This document shows, piece by piece, positions 52,301-62,157 of a stretch of DNA of 64,000 bases. How positions within the stretch are numbered: the stretch's first letter is position 1; every line of letters begins with the position of its first letter. A program made the position numbers and the translations under genes. Source of the DNA: Lama glama. Taxonomy: Eukaryota. A model generated the notes under the pieces. The model did not search any database. It had not been told where the DNA came from and worked only from the letters and a program-made list of their open reading frames with translations. Location of the stretch: the NCBI GenBank assembly GCA_028534125.1, contig CM052817.1, forward strand, positions 36,396,001-36,460,000. Reading direction: 5' to 3'.

Positions 52301-55257
52301 TCTCTCACTACACTGTAACCCTTGAGGTTAGGGACTGTGTCTGTCATAGTCATTTTTGTCCCCTGGCATCCTGTATGGTGCCTGGCACAGAAACTCAAAA
52401 ACACTAAATGAATTAAGATACTTACTTAGGGATGAAATTTATTTCCTTAAATTCTCCAGTTCCCAGCTGTCCATCAGAACCAGCTCCCCATGCGAAGACC
52501 CTTCCTTTACGACAGACAGCCAGGGAGTGCTCCTTTCCACAGCTCACAAGAGCAACATGAAGAGTTTCCAACGCTGGAATTGGTTCTTTAGGAAAGAAAA
52601 CAAAATAACCGCCCCCTCCCAAGATTGTTAATTTAATACCAAGTTCAAGAAAGTACTTTTCTTCAAAGAGAAGGGTCACTGGGATTTCTCATCCCTTGCA
52701 ATGACTTTTTAAAAAAAATTTATTGAACTATAGTTGATCTACAATGTTAGTTTCAGGTGTACAGTAAAGCGATTCAGTTATATATAAATATATACACATT
52801 TTTTTTCTTTTCAGATTCTTTTCCATTATCTGTTAGTTATTACAAGAAACTGAATACAGTTCCCTGTGCTATACAGTAGGTTCTTGTTGTTTACCTACTT
52901 TATACATAGTAATGTGTGTCTGTCATTCCCCAGCCCCTAATTTATCCCTCCCCGACCTTTCCCCTTTGGTGACCACAGTTTGTTTCCTATGTCCATGAGT
53001 CTGTTTTTGGTTTGTAAATAGAAATTGTGTCTTTTTTTTTTTTAAAGATTCCAGTGACTCTTAAATCAAGGCCTAAAGTCCACCCCAAAGGTGTGAAAGA
53101 AATAGGCTCAGTGTGTGACACTGTTTTTATGAAAACAAAGCTGTTATTCAAAAGAGTGGGCAAGTGTAGGAGGGGAACCTGCAAGGCCTTGATACTTGGC
53201 CTAACATTTCTCTATGACAGTGGAGGCAAACTGCAGGCAGATAAAGGGAGCCAGGGAGAAGATGGGATCATCTCTCCTCCACTCCTCTCAACTCCCAGCT
53301 CTGACCAGTGAGAACAGTGAATCCTTTGCTCAGGAAGAAACAGGCAGGGAGCCTGCCTGTGTGTGAGAGGCAAATGCCAGACCCTCTTACAATGAAGAGT
53401 GCAGTAATACGCCTGAGGATGGGTCAAGTATGTCCACAAATTAAAACCTGATCACATTTTCCTACAAGACAATATAAACTGTTCTCCCAATGTGTTTGTC
53501 TCTGAGTTATTAGAGGTTTGGAGTTAAGCGCATCATTACCAGTAAAGTTTTTGTTAGTACTTAAGTTTCTTTTTATTTTTTAATCTTGCGATCTTATCCT
53601 TTTCAATGATTTACTCCTCAAACTATGTAACAAGAAAAAAATTCCCAAAGATTCATACACTCATGGAGGTAGAAACTGGTACCTCCTTCCTGGAGAACAA
53701 TTTGGCATTAAGAACCATGTTGTCCGTCATTTCCACCTGAGGAGGAGAAGGATATGCCACCCCAAACATGCCACTTTGGCATAAGGATTATTTTGAACTG
53801 AAGGCAACTGAGAATCAACAGACGCAGGAAGAGTTCTCTGCCTTCCTCTTGCCAATTTAGAAGCATAAATTTGTGAAGGTGGCATAAATTCCACTTGTAA
53901 AGACCTTCCCCCTTCCATACCAGGAAGAGAAGAGTGACTCTTATCACCATTATCACCGGAGATGTCACTGAGATGAGTCCGCATAATAGCAAAATAATCC
54001 CTTATCGTCCATTAGTTTCCCCCATTTATTTCAAAGTCACTTCCCCACAATTGATCATCCCTCAAAATCCAAATCCCCTGTTTTTTGTTAACCACTTTGT
54101 TAAGTCTAACCACTTCTTGAGTTTCACTTCTTTTCTGTGAACTCCTGTGCACATAAAATATTAATAAAATTGTAAGTTTTTTTCTTGTTAACCTGTCTTT
54201 GTCAGTTTAGTTCACAGGCCCTCATGACAAGAACTAAGAGGGTAGAGGAAAAGTTTTTCCTCCCAGACACAACTCTTGGAATTTATTCTAAATAAGTAAT
54301 CAGAAATTTGGTCAAATATTTACTTACAATATGTCAATCTAGTATTATTTATAAAAGCCCCTAATGAGAAAAAAACTTAATTCCACAAAAGGAAAATTAT
54401 TAAATTGTATTTCAGAGCCTAGAACATTACACAATTCAAATTTATTTTCAAAAAATATATAATAAAGGGGAATTATATTCATGATACTACGGTGAAAACT
54501 CAGTTTACAGAGTTGTGTAAATTCTGCATATACAAACTGTATAATGACATGATTTTATCAAGATTAACTATATAATAGAAAAAAGGCAAAAAAGAAATGC
54601 ATCAAAATATTAGTTGTCTTTCGGTGTTAGAATAATAGGCGATTTCTTTCCCTGTATTTCTACAATAATCAATAATGGGGAAAATGTTATTATATATATA
54701 TATTTTAACTTTAAGTAAAAAGACGCCCCAGGGTATTTCTGAGGGAGTTACAGGTGACCAAACCACAAACCACGTTTGGAAGGTCACCCTGTTCCAGATA
54801 GATTCTCATAGGTAAGGACTGGTCACGAAAGGCACCTCTGTTCAGAGGTACGCGGTCCAGTTTAGTTCGGCTTTCAGTTTCCTTCTAAAGATAAAACTCC
54901 TGGAAACCGAAACAAACCCGAGGCGAGTCCAGGAAACGAAACCGACAGGACTGCGCGCAGGCGGCGCTGAGCCCCGTTCTGCCGTCTGCGGCTGTCCCGC
55001 GGACCCACGGCTCCCCGCACCGCCACCTGCCCGGCCCCGTGCCCCCCACCTGCGTCCCGGCGCTCACCTGGCTGCTTCCCGCGCGGCGCGCCCCTGCGGC
55101 CCAGCTGGCCCCGGCTGTTGTCCCCGCACGACTGGACAGAGCCGTCGCTCAGCAGCAGCAGCGAGTGATGCTCCCCGCTGGCCGCCTGCAGCAGCGCGTT
55201 GGCCCCCGGGCCCGCCTGTTCCCGGCGCAGCCGCCCGGCGCCCCAGCAGAAGTACAT
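11631..55257 (-). CDS. HERC6: HERC6 E3 ubiquitin/ISG15 ligase, complete 23-exon CDS (~1016 aa)
   Basis: 23 exons joined by hand give an open frame of 3051 nt with consistent phases, from MYFCWGA... through RCC1 repeats to HECT ...[41 protein letters not shown]. All junctions are GT-AG except the exon 20 acceptor (TG). Confidence 0.96.
12565..12805 (+). mobile_element. MIR SINE
   Basis: MIR core: ctcttttcctcatatctgaaatgggg...aatgcctggcatag. Confidence 0.6.
13286..13388 (-). CDS. HERC6: HERC6 exon 22
   Basis: [34 protein letters not shown]; follows an 88-nt intron. Confidence 0.94.
13477..13660 (-). CDS. HERC6: HERC6 exon 21
   Basis: [61 protein letters not shown]. Confidence 0.95.
15001..15071 (-). 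CDS. HERC6: HERC6 exon 20 (acceptor reads TG, not AG)
   Basis: [24 protein letters not shown] with a canonical gtaag donor; the 5' boundary by homology is ggctactg|ATA. Confidence 0.85.
15499..15565 (-). CDS. HERC6: HERC6 exon 19
   Basis: [22 protein letters not shown]. Confidence 0.93.
15808..16012 (+). mobile_element. MER20-like hAT-Charlie element
   Basis: cagtgattctcaa...ttgagaaaccatg; 8-bp TSD ctccagac/ctctggac. Confidence 0.8.
16712..16878 (-). CDS. HERC6: HERC6 exon 18
   Basis: [56 protein letters not shown]. Confidence 0.95.
18995..19540 (+). mobile_element. Old L1 (L1M-type) 3' fragment
   Basis: aatggaatattactcagcaat...ttatatctcaa; interrupted by a SINE. Confidence 0.7.
19303..19408 (+). 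mobile_element. tRNA-derived SINE (Vic-1-like) inserted in an old L1 3' end
   Basis: Same consensus; degenerate TSD aaagggg(t)atgt. Confidence 0.85.
19788..19931 (-). CDS. HERC6: HERC6 exon 17
   Basis: [48 protein letters not shown]. Confidence 0.95.
21355..21812 (+). mobile_element. MaLR (MLT1-type) LTR
   Basis: MLT1-like 3' end ttttaagtcattacgctttgggatggtt...cagcat...aactaata. Confidence 0.6.
21998..22159 (-). CDS. HERC6: HERC6 exon 16 (start of HECT)
   Basis: [54 protein letters not shown]. Confidence 0.93.
24340..24848 (+). mobile_element. LINE-1 3' end fragment
   Basis: Typical L1 ORF2 end plus 3'UTR plus poly-A. Confidence 0.85.
25168..25275 (-). CDS. HERC6: HERC6 exon 15
   Basis: [36 protein letters not shown]. 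Confidence 0.94.
25594..25707 (-). CDS. HERC6: HERC6 exon 14
   Basis: [38 protein letters not shown]. Confidence 0.93.
26141..26349 (+). mobile_element. MER58-like hAT-Charlie element
   Basis: Perfect 8-bp TSD gtctagta; ccaataaaactttattt motif. Confidence 0.8.
26880..28800 (+). mobile_element. LINE-1 3' ~1.9 kb (decayed ORF2 C-terminus plus 3'UTR)
   Basis: [26 protein letters not shown]... is L1 ORF2-like; many stops and frameshifts. Confidence 0.9.
29334..29488 (-). CDS. HERC6: HERC6 exon 13
   Basis: [52 protein letters not shown]. Confidence 0.94.
30050..31330 (+). mobile_element. Ancient L1 fragment
   Basis: Highly decayed L1 ORF2/3'UTR motifs. Confidence 0.6.
31586..32149 (+). mobile_element. 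ERV solo LTR in HERC6 intron 12
   Basis: TG...CA ends, TTTAAAA box, AATAAA at ~32066. Confidence 0.7.
32308..32497 (-). CDS. HERC6: HERC6 exon 12
   Basis: [50 protein letters not shown]... Confidence 0.94.
32810..34745 (+). mobile_element. Nested stack of LTRs (MLT host, MER34-like 33055-33610, further LTRs at 33713-34743 and 34099-34716)
   Basis: Several TG...CA units with AATAAA; 33055-33610 resembles 53738-54270; internal boundaries uncertain. Confidence 0.6.
35188..35340 (-). mobile_element. tRNA-derived SINE (Vic-1-like)
   Basis: Reverse complement of the consensus with a (TTTG)n tail. Confidence 0.85.
35445..35890 (+). mobile_element. MER34-like ERV1 solo LTR
   Basis: tgtagggac...gaagttctcctcccaaca; 3' end shared with 33055-33610 and 53738-54270. 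Confidence 0.6.
36360..36453 (-). CDS. HERC6: HERC6 exon 11
   Basis: [31 protein letters not shown]. Confidence 0.92.
38227..38333 (+). mobile_element. tRNA-derived SINE with internal 13-nt deletion
   Basis: TSD aaaacctaaggg at 38210-38221 and 38334-38345. Confidence 0.85.
38934..39760. repeat. Perfect 98-bp direct repeat (38934-39031 and 39663-39760)
   Basis: ctcaataaatctctg...catggttaaaat is identical in both copies, offset 729 bp. Confidence 0.92.
39229..39288 (-). CDS. HERC6: HERC6 exon 10 (60 nt, phase 2-2)
   Basis: [21 protein letters not shown]. Confidence 0.94.
39869..39993 (-). CDS. HERC6: HERC6 exon 9 (NAGNAG acceptor; may start at 39990)
   Basis: (K)[40 protein letters not shown]. 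Confidence 0.9.
40232..40843 (+). mobile_element. LINE-1 3' end fragment containing (CA)n
   Basis: Same family as 10399-10851; (CA)n at ~40333-40360. Confidence 0.85.
41514..41743 (-). mobile_element. MER20-like element
   Basis: cagggtttct...gaaaactgctg; TSD tcccggat/ccccagat. Confidence 0.75.
41860..42329 (+). mobile_element. MaLR internal 3' fragment plus MLT1A/B-like LTR
   Basis: tgatgctggaatgaattaagactttgggg followed by an LTR similar to 1578-1908. Confidence 0.7.
42400..44010 (+). mobile_element. Decayed LINE-2 fragments
   Basis: Pyrimidine-rich L2-like motifs (cttccttgacctcttagcag..., cctctaaatggagaagtccctcaggg). Confidence 0.55.
44305..44500 (+). mobile_element. MIR SINE
   Basis: ctctctgagactcagttgtttccatgtgtaaaatgcggggataat. 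Confidence 0.6.
44705..44772 (-). CDS. HERC6: HERC6 exon 8
   Basis: [23 protein letters not shown]. Confidence 0.92.
45297..45433 (-). CDS. HERC6: HERC6 exon 7
   Basis: [46 protein letters not shown]. Confidence 0.93.
45684..45853 (-). mobile_element. tRNA-derived SINE (Vic-1-like)
   Basis: 13-bp TSD catttgtgtttta at 45671-45683 and 45854-45866. Confidence 0.88.
46314..46441 (-). CDS. HERC6: HERC6 exon 6
   Basis: [42 protein letters not shown]. Confidence 0.94.
47408..47502 (-). CDS. HERC6: HERC6 exon 5
   Basis: [32 protein letters not shown]; cag/gtaat flanks. Confidence 0.93.
47879..48049 (-). mobile_element. Young 5'-truncated L1 tail with perfect 21-bp TSD
   Basis: TSD ttatttacattgataatgtta at 47858-47878 and 48050-48070; close similarity to 51740-51900. 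Confidence 0.85.
48248..48924. mobile_element. MER5A-like hAT element split by an MLT1D-like LTR (~48386-48879)
   Basis: agtggttccccaa...ttgagaaccactg termini surrounding an MLT1 LTR. Confidence 0.7.
49014..49241 (-). CDS. HERC6: HERC6 exon 4
   Basis: [52 protein letters not shown]... Confidence 0.95.
49430..50180 (+). mobile_element. LINE-2 3' fragment
   Basis: gctcaggccaaaaatcttggag...tattcaataaata. Confidence 0.65.
50280..50431 (-). mobile_element. tRNA-derived SINE (Vic-1-like)
   Basis: 18-bp TSD tctaatg(a/c)ttaattattt. Confidence 0.88.
50621..50697 (-). CDS. HERC6: HERC6 exon 3
   Basis: [25 protein letters not shown]; tag/gtaa flanks. Confidence 0.93.
51491..52190 (-). mobile_element. 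MER34-like LTR interrupted by L1
   Basis: tgttgggaggaaaacc is the reverse complement of the family 3' end. Confidence 0.55.
51716..51981 (-). mobile_element. Young L1 3' tail inserted in an LTR
   Basis: Poly-T followed by L1 3'UTR similar to 47879-48049. Confidence 0.8.
52426..52585 (-). CDS. HERC6: HERC6 exon 2
   Basis: [42 protein letters not shown]...; ag/gtaag flanks. Confidence 0.95.
52712..53043 (-). mobile_element. L1 3' fragment
   Basis: ttattgaactatagttgatctacaatg...ccctgtgctatacagtagg. Confidence 0.8.
53738..54270 (+). mobile_element. MER34-like ERV1 solo LTR in HERC6 intron 1
   Basis: tgaggaggagaagg...gaggaaaagtttttcctcccagaca; AATAAA at ~54163; similar to 33055-33610. Confidence 0.7.
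54871..54943. promoter_or_regulatory. Triple ISRE cluster in HERC6 intron 1
   Basis: CTTTCAGTTTCC at 54871-54882, GGAAACCGAAAC at 54902-54913, AGGAAACGAAACC at 54931-54943. Confidence 0.75.
55068..55257 (-). CDS. HERC6: HERC6 coding exon 1
   Basis: [56 protein letters not shown]...; donor CAG|gtgag. Confidence 0.95.
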
Positions 55258-55699
55258 CCCGCTCTCGTGCCCGGACGCCTGCCGAGGTCTGTCGGCTCTG
55301 CCTTCTGGGCTCCCAAAGTCTAGTGACTCCCAGAGTCTAGTGCGCTGACGTCCAGAAGAGTCAGGGTGAGCAGCGCCCTCTTCAGCCTCAGTTATAGGCC
55401 CAACTCGCTCCCTCCCACCGCCTCCGCCCACAGCACCGCCCTGGCACCCGTCATCCTGACGCCTCCGCGCGAATGGAGTTTGGGAATCAAACAGGAGACG
55501 CCAAGTGCTAAGGTGCAGAGGGACCCCGGGAGGAAGAGCGCCTGGATTTATGTCCTAGCTAAGTCGCTTAAAAGCTGTGTGACTCTGGGCCAGTTACTTA
55601 ACGATGCCACCACGTCTGTAAAATGTAGACAGTAATACAGCAAATCTAATATGTTAGGATAATTTAATAGATAATAATACTGTGTTAGAATAATGCCTA

Positions 55700-56700
55700 G
55701 AGTACTTAACGAAAGCACCTGTGTGCCAACCCGCTTACAGGCTGTTTTTGGCGCTGGAAGTGCAAAATCCTCATGGTGCTTGCATTCTCCTATTTATAAA
55801 CAGATAAATCCGTATTTGGTATAATGTCAAGTGGCAACGTGAAGAAAAACAAAACAGTAAAGAAAGAGAGGGCGGGGCAGAAGGAACTAGGATTTTTTGA
55901 TAGAATACCAGGGAAGTGACATTTGAGCAGAGGCAAGGGGACCTGGAAAATGAGGAAATGAGGTAGTGAGTCATGTTCATATCTAACGGTGGAGGGTGAC
56001 ATGGAGCGTGACGTGGAGCACGACGTGGAGCACTTGGAGCCTTTTGAATTGTGAGAAGTGATATGATCTGACTTTCATTTTAAAAGAGTCATTTTGGCTG
56101 CCATAGAAAATAATAGAACAAAAACGAAAGCAGAAAAGGCAGGGGAGGCTGCTGTCAGAGTCCAGGTCAGAGGATGACACTGGGACTAAGGTGATATCCT
56201 GGAGGGTAGGAAAGAAGAAACGGTCACATTCAAGATGTTTCAGAAGTCAGAATCCACAGATTTGCTGATGGAGTGGAAGTAGGAGGAAAGTAGGAAAGGG
56301 ATTAGGGTCACTACAAGGTTGGCCTGAACAACTGGGGTGAATGGTGGTACCCCTTCCTGAGGGGCAAACTCTGAGGGAGGCACCAATTTGGGGCTGATGG
56401 GTCAGGAGTCCAGTCTGGTAATAACTGCGATGCTTGTTATACAAGGAGGCAATAAGATCAGTCATTTTGGAGTTGTGGAGAGAAGTCGGGGCAGTCATAA
56501 AACTGGGAGTCATCAGTGTAGAGATGATACTTAAAGCCAGAAGACTGAGTGCGATCACCCAGGGGTAAGTGTGTTAAGCATGTAACAGAGCACCGATCCT
56601 AGGAGGAAAACCAGGAAGGGTGGTGTGCACAAATAAGTGAATAAGGGAATGATTAACTCTGTCAATTGCTTGTCAAGCAAGGTTGAGTGCTGATCTTCAG
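55700..56700 (-). mobile_element. LINE-2 fragment upstream of HERC6
   Basis: Purine-rich antisense L2 motifs (tgatctgactttcattttaaaag, ctgggagtcatcagtgtagagatg). Confidence 0.6.
55989..56040. repeat. 12-bp tandem repeat, about 4 units
   Basis: gtggagggtgac/atggagcgtgac/gtggagcacgac/gtggagcac... Confidence 0.75.
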
Positions 56701-58395
56701 GTTTGGCAAAATGGCAGTCATCGGTGACTGTGACAGTGTTAGCCATCATCAGCATTATTGTTTCATTTTTATTATTATAGCATCCATATGCTATATACTC
56801 TCAGCTCACCTCTCTCTACTCCTGCATTTAAGTTCACTAGAGACGAGAATAAACATTATTTGTTTTTCTACCTCAAGAGTGTCTAGCTCATGGTAGAAGT
56901 TATGTAGGTATTGGACAAACAGGTTGATGAGTGGTGAGTAAATGAATAGCATTCATACTTCTGGTTCCATTTCACTAAAATACCTTATATAACATTTTTC
57001 TGAATAGTAATTTCCTAAATGTTTATCACTTTCCTCAGGCACAAACTATAAGAGTTTGACACTATCAGCATAAGACACCAAGCCCTTATATTAAGTTATT
57101 TCTTTAAAAAAAAATCTACTGGAGAACTAAACTAAATGTATTGTACTACTCTTGTGTCCCCACCACAGAGTGTGCCACATAAAAAGAACTCAATAACTGT
57201 TTGTGAGATAGTGGATAAATCAAATTGAGAAAAATTGACAAAGATATAATTCTCAATTCATCTGTGTTCACACGCTTGGAAATAGTAGTCCCCATTTATG
57301 AATGTTTCCAGATGTTGACTATTTTATAGAAACTAATTTAATTCTTTCATTAGCTTTTCTCAGCTAAGGTTCTTTTGGTTGCCAGTGCCAGAAAATATAA
57401 CCTAAGCTTGCTTTAAGCAGAAAGGGAATCTGCTGGTAGATTGCATTAATATTATTCAAAAATATTGGCTGCCCCTCTCCACCCTATGGCATCAAGCTTG
57501 AGCGTGTGAATTTGTTCTGGCCAATGACATGCAAGCAGGAAGGATACTGCAGGCAGGTGGTTTAAGAGCCAGTACTTATTTTCCCCACTCTCTTTTTCCT
57601 CTGTTACAACCACTGGTGATTTTCCAAATAGAGATTGCTGTGTGGTCTGGGTCTCAGATCAAAACAACAGTCTAGCAAAGTTGCGGCTAATCTATGTAGC
57701 ATAAATGAGAAATGAATCTTTGTTGTTGCAAACTCCTGAGCTTTGGGGAGGTATTTGTTATGGCACAGATAGCATAACTTAGCCTCTTCTGACAGTCACA
57801 TAAAAGTCCATCAGCATGGCTGATTTCAGGACCTGCTAATGTCCTACAAGGACTAATGTCCTAGTGACTCCATTTCTCTGTATCTTGTCACTGTGCCTCT
57901 TGCTCCAAGCAGTGTACTCCACAGTTCCAGAATCTCCTCTGAGGTGGCAAGAGGGTTACAGCAGCAGCTCTAAACTTTAAACCCAGCTCTCAGCTTCACA
58001 GCCTGTGGAGAATCTGCTCACAAACAGTAACCCTGGTGTTTAGCCATGACGCTCTCAATGGTCCGATATGGGTCACATGTCTAGCCTTAGGCCAATCAGA
58101 TCTGCCTCCAAGAATCTTACCCAAGGATGTGTCCTGAGAGTGAGGCAGATTCCAAAATGAAAGCTGGGCATGTTGCTGGAGGAAACGGGGGATGGATGCT
58201 AAAGAGCTAAGTACCAAGGATCCTGTACATCCATCATGTAAAATAAGTATTATTATTATTCCCGTTTTGTAGGTAAGGAATCAAGTCTCAGGGAGTTTTG
58301 GTTAACTTGCTTAGAGTTACATGCATGTCAGTGGCAGGATGGTAACACTGGCCAATTTGACTAGAAAATCTATTTAGTTTCTACGATAACATACT

Positions 58396-58705
58396 TGTTG
58401 ACCTGAAACAAATAGACTGCCAGGTATTTCTCCAGCAAAGATGGTTTTGCTTGGGATCAGTGAAGAATAGCAGTTCGGGGTCTGCAACCATGGTGAGCCA
58501 CTTGTAAGTTCCCCCACTGCAAGGGAAGGAGAACATTTTTGTAGAGAGGGAAAGGGGGTTGGGAGGACTACAGTAAACAGAGTCCAGGGCTTTTCATTGG
58601 CTAAGATCTTGCCAGGAAAGGAGTCTTTTCCCCTTCCTATTGGGCTCTGAGAGCTCCCCCTTCTGGTCTCCCAACTCCATTGTTTCTGTTTATTAATTTT
58701 TACAC
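58396..58705 (-). mobile_element. Probable solo LTR
   Basis: LTR-like composition, TG/CA ends, CCAAT boxes on the minus strand. Confidence 0.45.
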
Positions 58706-61320
58706 ACTTTTTAGTCCCCGATCTCTGCTCTTGTGCCCTCTATGGGTTAATGCACGTCCTCACAACCCTTCCATCTAGAAAATTCCAATTCATCATATAT
58801 TCTGCCCCCATTGCAAAATTCTCCCCTAATCAATTAGTTGCTGAAGGATGTAAGCTCATATCAGCAACATCTCATTTGCTATCCACTTTATATCTCTGCC
58901 ACTCCTAACCTAGTTCAGTTCTTTTGCAATAACATCTCTCATGTCTGTATCTCTAATGTCTGGCATCTCTAATCAATCTTTTATGCTCTCCTAAGAGTAA
59001 ACTGCACAAAACACAGTTCTGGTTACATCACTTGCTTTTTTAATGGTTGTAGGCCTATTGCTACAGAAAATATAAACACAAAATCCTTTGTGTATAATTT
59101 AAGGCCCTCCATGATCTGCTTGTAACTGACATTTCCAGCTGCATCTCACCAACAATTACAAGCATCTCTCTCCTTCTCTTACACACACACACACACAGTC
59201 TGTCATAAAGACAACTTTTTCCTATTTGTTTTTCCCCAAATCTATGCCTTGGTTCATTCTGTGTCATTCTGAGAAGAGGAATTTCTTTTTCTCCATTTCT
59301 ATTTCTATTTACAAAAATACGTACGCCTCAAGCGCCTCATCTCCGTGAAGTGCTTCTTGGACTCCACAATGTGTTACTCTTTCCTGGGTTCCTACAACAA
59401 ATGATGCTCTTAGTACACAGACACTCCCCAACAGGGAACACATTTTACTCTGTGTTGCTTCATTATTTCATCTTTGACCAACCAGTTCCAGGATGAACCT
59501 TAATCATCTTTGCAGTCTCACCAAATCCTAGCAAAGTGTCTGTCACACAATACATGCTAAATACAGCGGCTGACACTTAACAGGCCCTCCATGACTACAA
59601 CATGAATTAATTAGGGAAAATTCATGGTTAATTCTTTTTAAAATATTTACTGAATGTCCACTATGGATATAACAAGGAGCCAACGAAATGTAATAATTAT
59701 TATTTACATTAGTATTTCCTTTGACTTTACAAAATCCTTCCAGCTATTTTACCTGCTGTGTACTCGTAAGCACAGAGTAAGGAGGCATGAGAGGAACACT
59801 GTCCCTGTCCCACGGGGGAAGAATTTAGGCTTAGAGAGGTGACAGTGACTGGTCTTGAATTACAGACCAGTAAGTAGAAAAGCCCATGGTTTTTCTTTCC
59901 ACTAATAGAGCCATATCTGATGCACTTCCCTTTCTCAAAGAACATACAGGTTACAAAACAAAAGCAATAGACATTGACTGTCACTGTGTCTTTAAAATCA
60001 GACTTTGAAAATTATTTATACCTTATATCTCATACCAATAGCCTATTTTTCTTTCTTTCTTTTTTTTTTTTAACTAACTTTCCCTAACACTGCTTTATGG
60101 AGGACATGGGAATGACAAAAGGCAAAGAAAATAAAATTTCCTAACTACCTACCACACGCCAGTTTCTTTCACCATTTCCCCATTTAAGCTTGGCAGCTAC
60201 CCTGTAAGGTCCATATTATGTATCCCATAGAGATATGAATAACTGAAGTCTCAAGATATCGTAGTGACTTGCTCAAGATAAACAATAAGATAAACGGGAG
60301 ACTGGATTCAAACTGTGCCTCCTTCTCTACCTTCTTTCCACCAAACAGCACTGACTCGAAGCGAGGCGAGATCGGATGTTAGAAAGGGGGTGAGAGAGAG
60401 AGGATGAGCTTACAAAGGTCGTCATGGAGCACATGGGGCTGAGCAAGCAGAATAAACCAGTTAGGAGGAGAGGAAATGGGTCTGAGGTCAATCCTTGTGG
60501 ATCAACGGGAAAGACATCTGAGAAGTAGGGGTGTTTGCATTTCCATTGCTTTCCTCTGCCATCCTCTTCCTAGACCTGCTTCTGTTTAACCTCCATGCTT
60601 CTGAGTTCAAACCCATCTCCGTGCTACTTAGCCAGCCAGGGCAGCCCTTAGATCCGACAAATGGAAAAGGGACCACACTCCCTGTATTAGCTTGGTTTAT
60701 GATTACACCACAGCTGCCATCCCTGCTGCCTCCAGGAGGATCCCTGGCAAATGTCATCTAGTGACTCTTCATAAATGGACAAGACAGTTAGGATGGCCAG
60801 TACAAGTCAGTGGGAGAAGCAGCCACCTGCTCACACCTCAACCTTTCAGGCTCCTTAGAGACAAGAAATGGTAGTTTGGAATTTTAACTCTAGATGGCAG
60901 TATTAGCCAACCTGATCTCTTCACTTTTCAGCAACAACTTGATCTGTTTTTTATGGATGACTGATTAATGGTTGACATCTCTTTTCTATAGGTAATCTTA
61001 TAATTATCCACATGGACGTTTATGATTTTTTTCCCATGCTCATATTGGTATTTAAATTACTTAGGAAAATTACAAAATGATACACTGACATATTATTATA
61101 ATATTGCTGTACCACTGTCATAACACATTACATGATAACACTGCATTTATCTGGGGTTTACCTGCACTCTCAGAGCTCCAGAACATGGTCCTCAACTGGG
61201 AAGAAAGAGGACAAGTGTTTCTGAATCTTAGAAATGGTTGCCACTCAAACCAAGGGCTTCTAAACATGTTATCCAGCAACAAATTGAGGACTGCCCAAGG
61301 TTTGTATTTAAACACTGCTT

Positions 61321-61496
61321 GACTTTATATATAAAATAGACAAATGACAAGGTCTTACTATATAACACAGAGAACTATATTCAATACCTTGCAATAGCCT
61401 ATAATGAAAAGGAAAATATATGTATAGCTGAATCACTATGCTGTATGCCAGAAATTAAAACATTATAAACTGACTGTACTTAAAAAAAAAAAAAAA
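61321..61496 (+). mobile_element. L1 3' tail
   Basis: gaatcactatgctgtatgccagaa plus poly-A. Confidence 0.75.
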
Positions 61497-62157
61497 GAGA
61501 ACACATATGGACCAGAACAAAAAAGTGTAAGTTAAAGTGAACATAAAAACTGAAGAATTAAAATAATTTTTAACATAAAAAAAAACCACTGCTTAACTTA
61601 ATTTGTTAACCTATTTGAACTAGTGAAGCTTTCCCTGTAAGTTAGGATTAGTTTTGCCTGCATATAATAAAACTGCCAAATAATAATGATTTAACAAGAT
61701 ACAAGTTTATTTCTGTCACACAGAAAAAGTCCTGAGATAAGCTGCCAAGGGCTCGTGTGGCAGCTCCATGGTTTTTCAGGGACTCAGGCACCTTCTCTGT
61801 ATTTCATTTGAGAACCTGACTTCCATCTTCAAGGTCACCTCATGATCCAAGATGACTGCTGGAGTTCTAGCTATGACAACTCTATTCCAAGCAGCTAAAA
61901 AGGAGGAATGAAGCTGCTATCCCTTAAATCCCATTCGACACTTCTGCATACATCTGATTAACTAAAATCTGTTTATAGGTAGCTGCATAAGATGCTAGAA
62001 AATGTAGTTTTTAGCTGAGCACCTTCCTAACTCCAAATAAAACTTGCATTCTATTACCAAGGAAGCAGTGTGGAGGGGGGATTATTAAGTGGCAATGAGC
62101 AGTCTCTCCACAACCAGCAAAGAATTTATGATGTCTGGTCCCAACATACATGGCAAG

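Larger units (their letters stand above)
54850..55500. promoter_or_regulatory. CpG island / promoter of HERC6
   Basis: GC/CpG-rich across exon 1; GC boxes ~55417-55428; CRE-like TGACGTCC ~55346. Confidence 0.85.

Noticed and set aside
54874..55431. 185-aa ORF extending HERC6 exon 1 at both ends
   Set aside because: Upstream start is not ATG and the 3' part reads into intron 1; homology starts at MYFCWG and ends at the gtgag donor.
4360..57865. Short local tandem duplications (~4367, ~6369, ~16328, ~36000, ~51067, ~57836)
   Set aside because: 12-21 bp slippage duplications are common in introns, and there is no repeat-spacer array or CRISPR-like structure.
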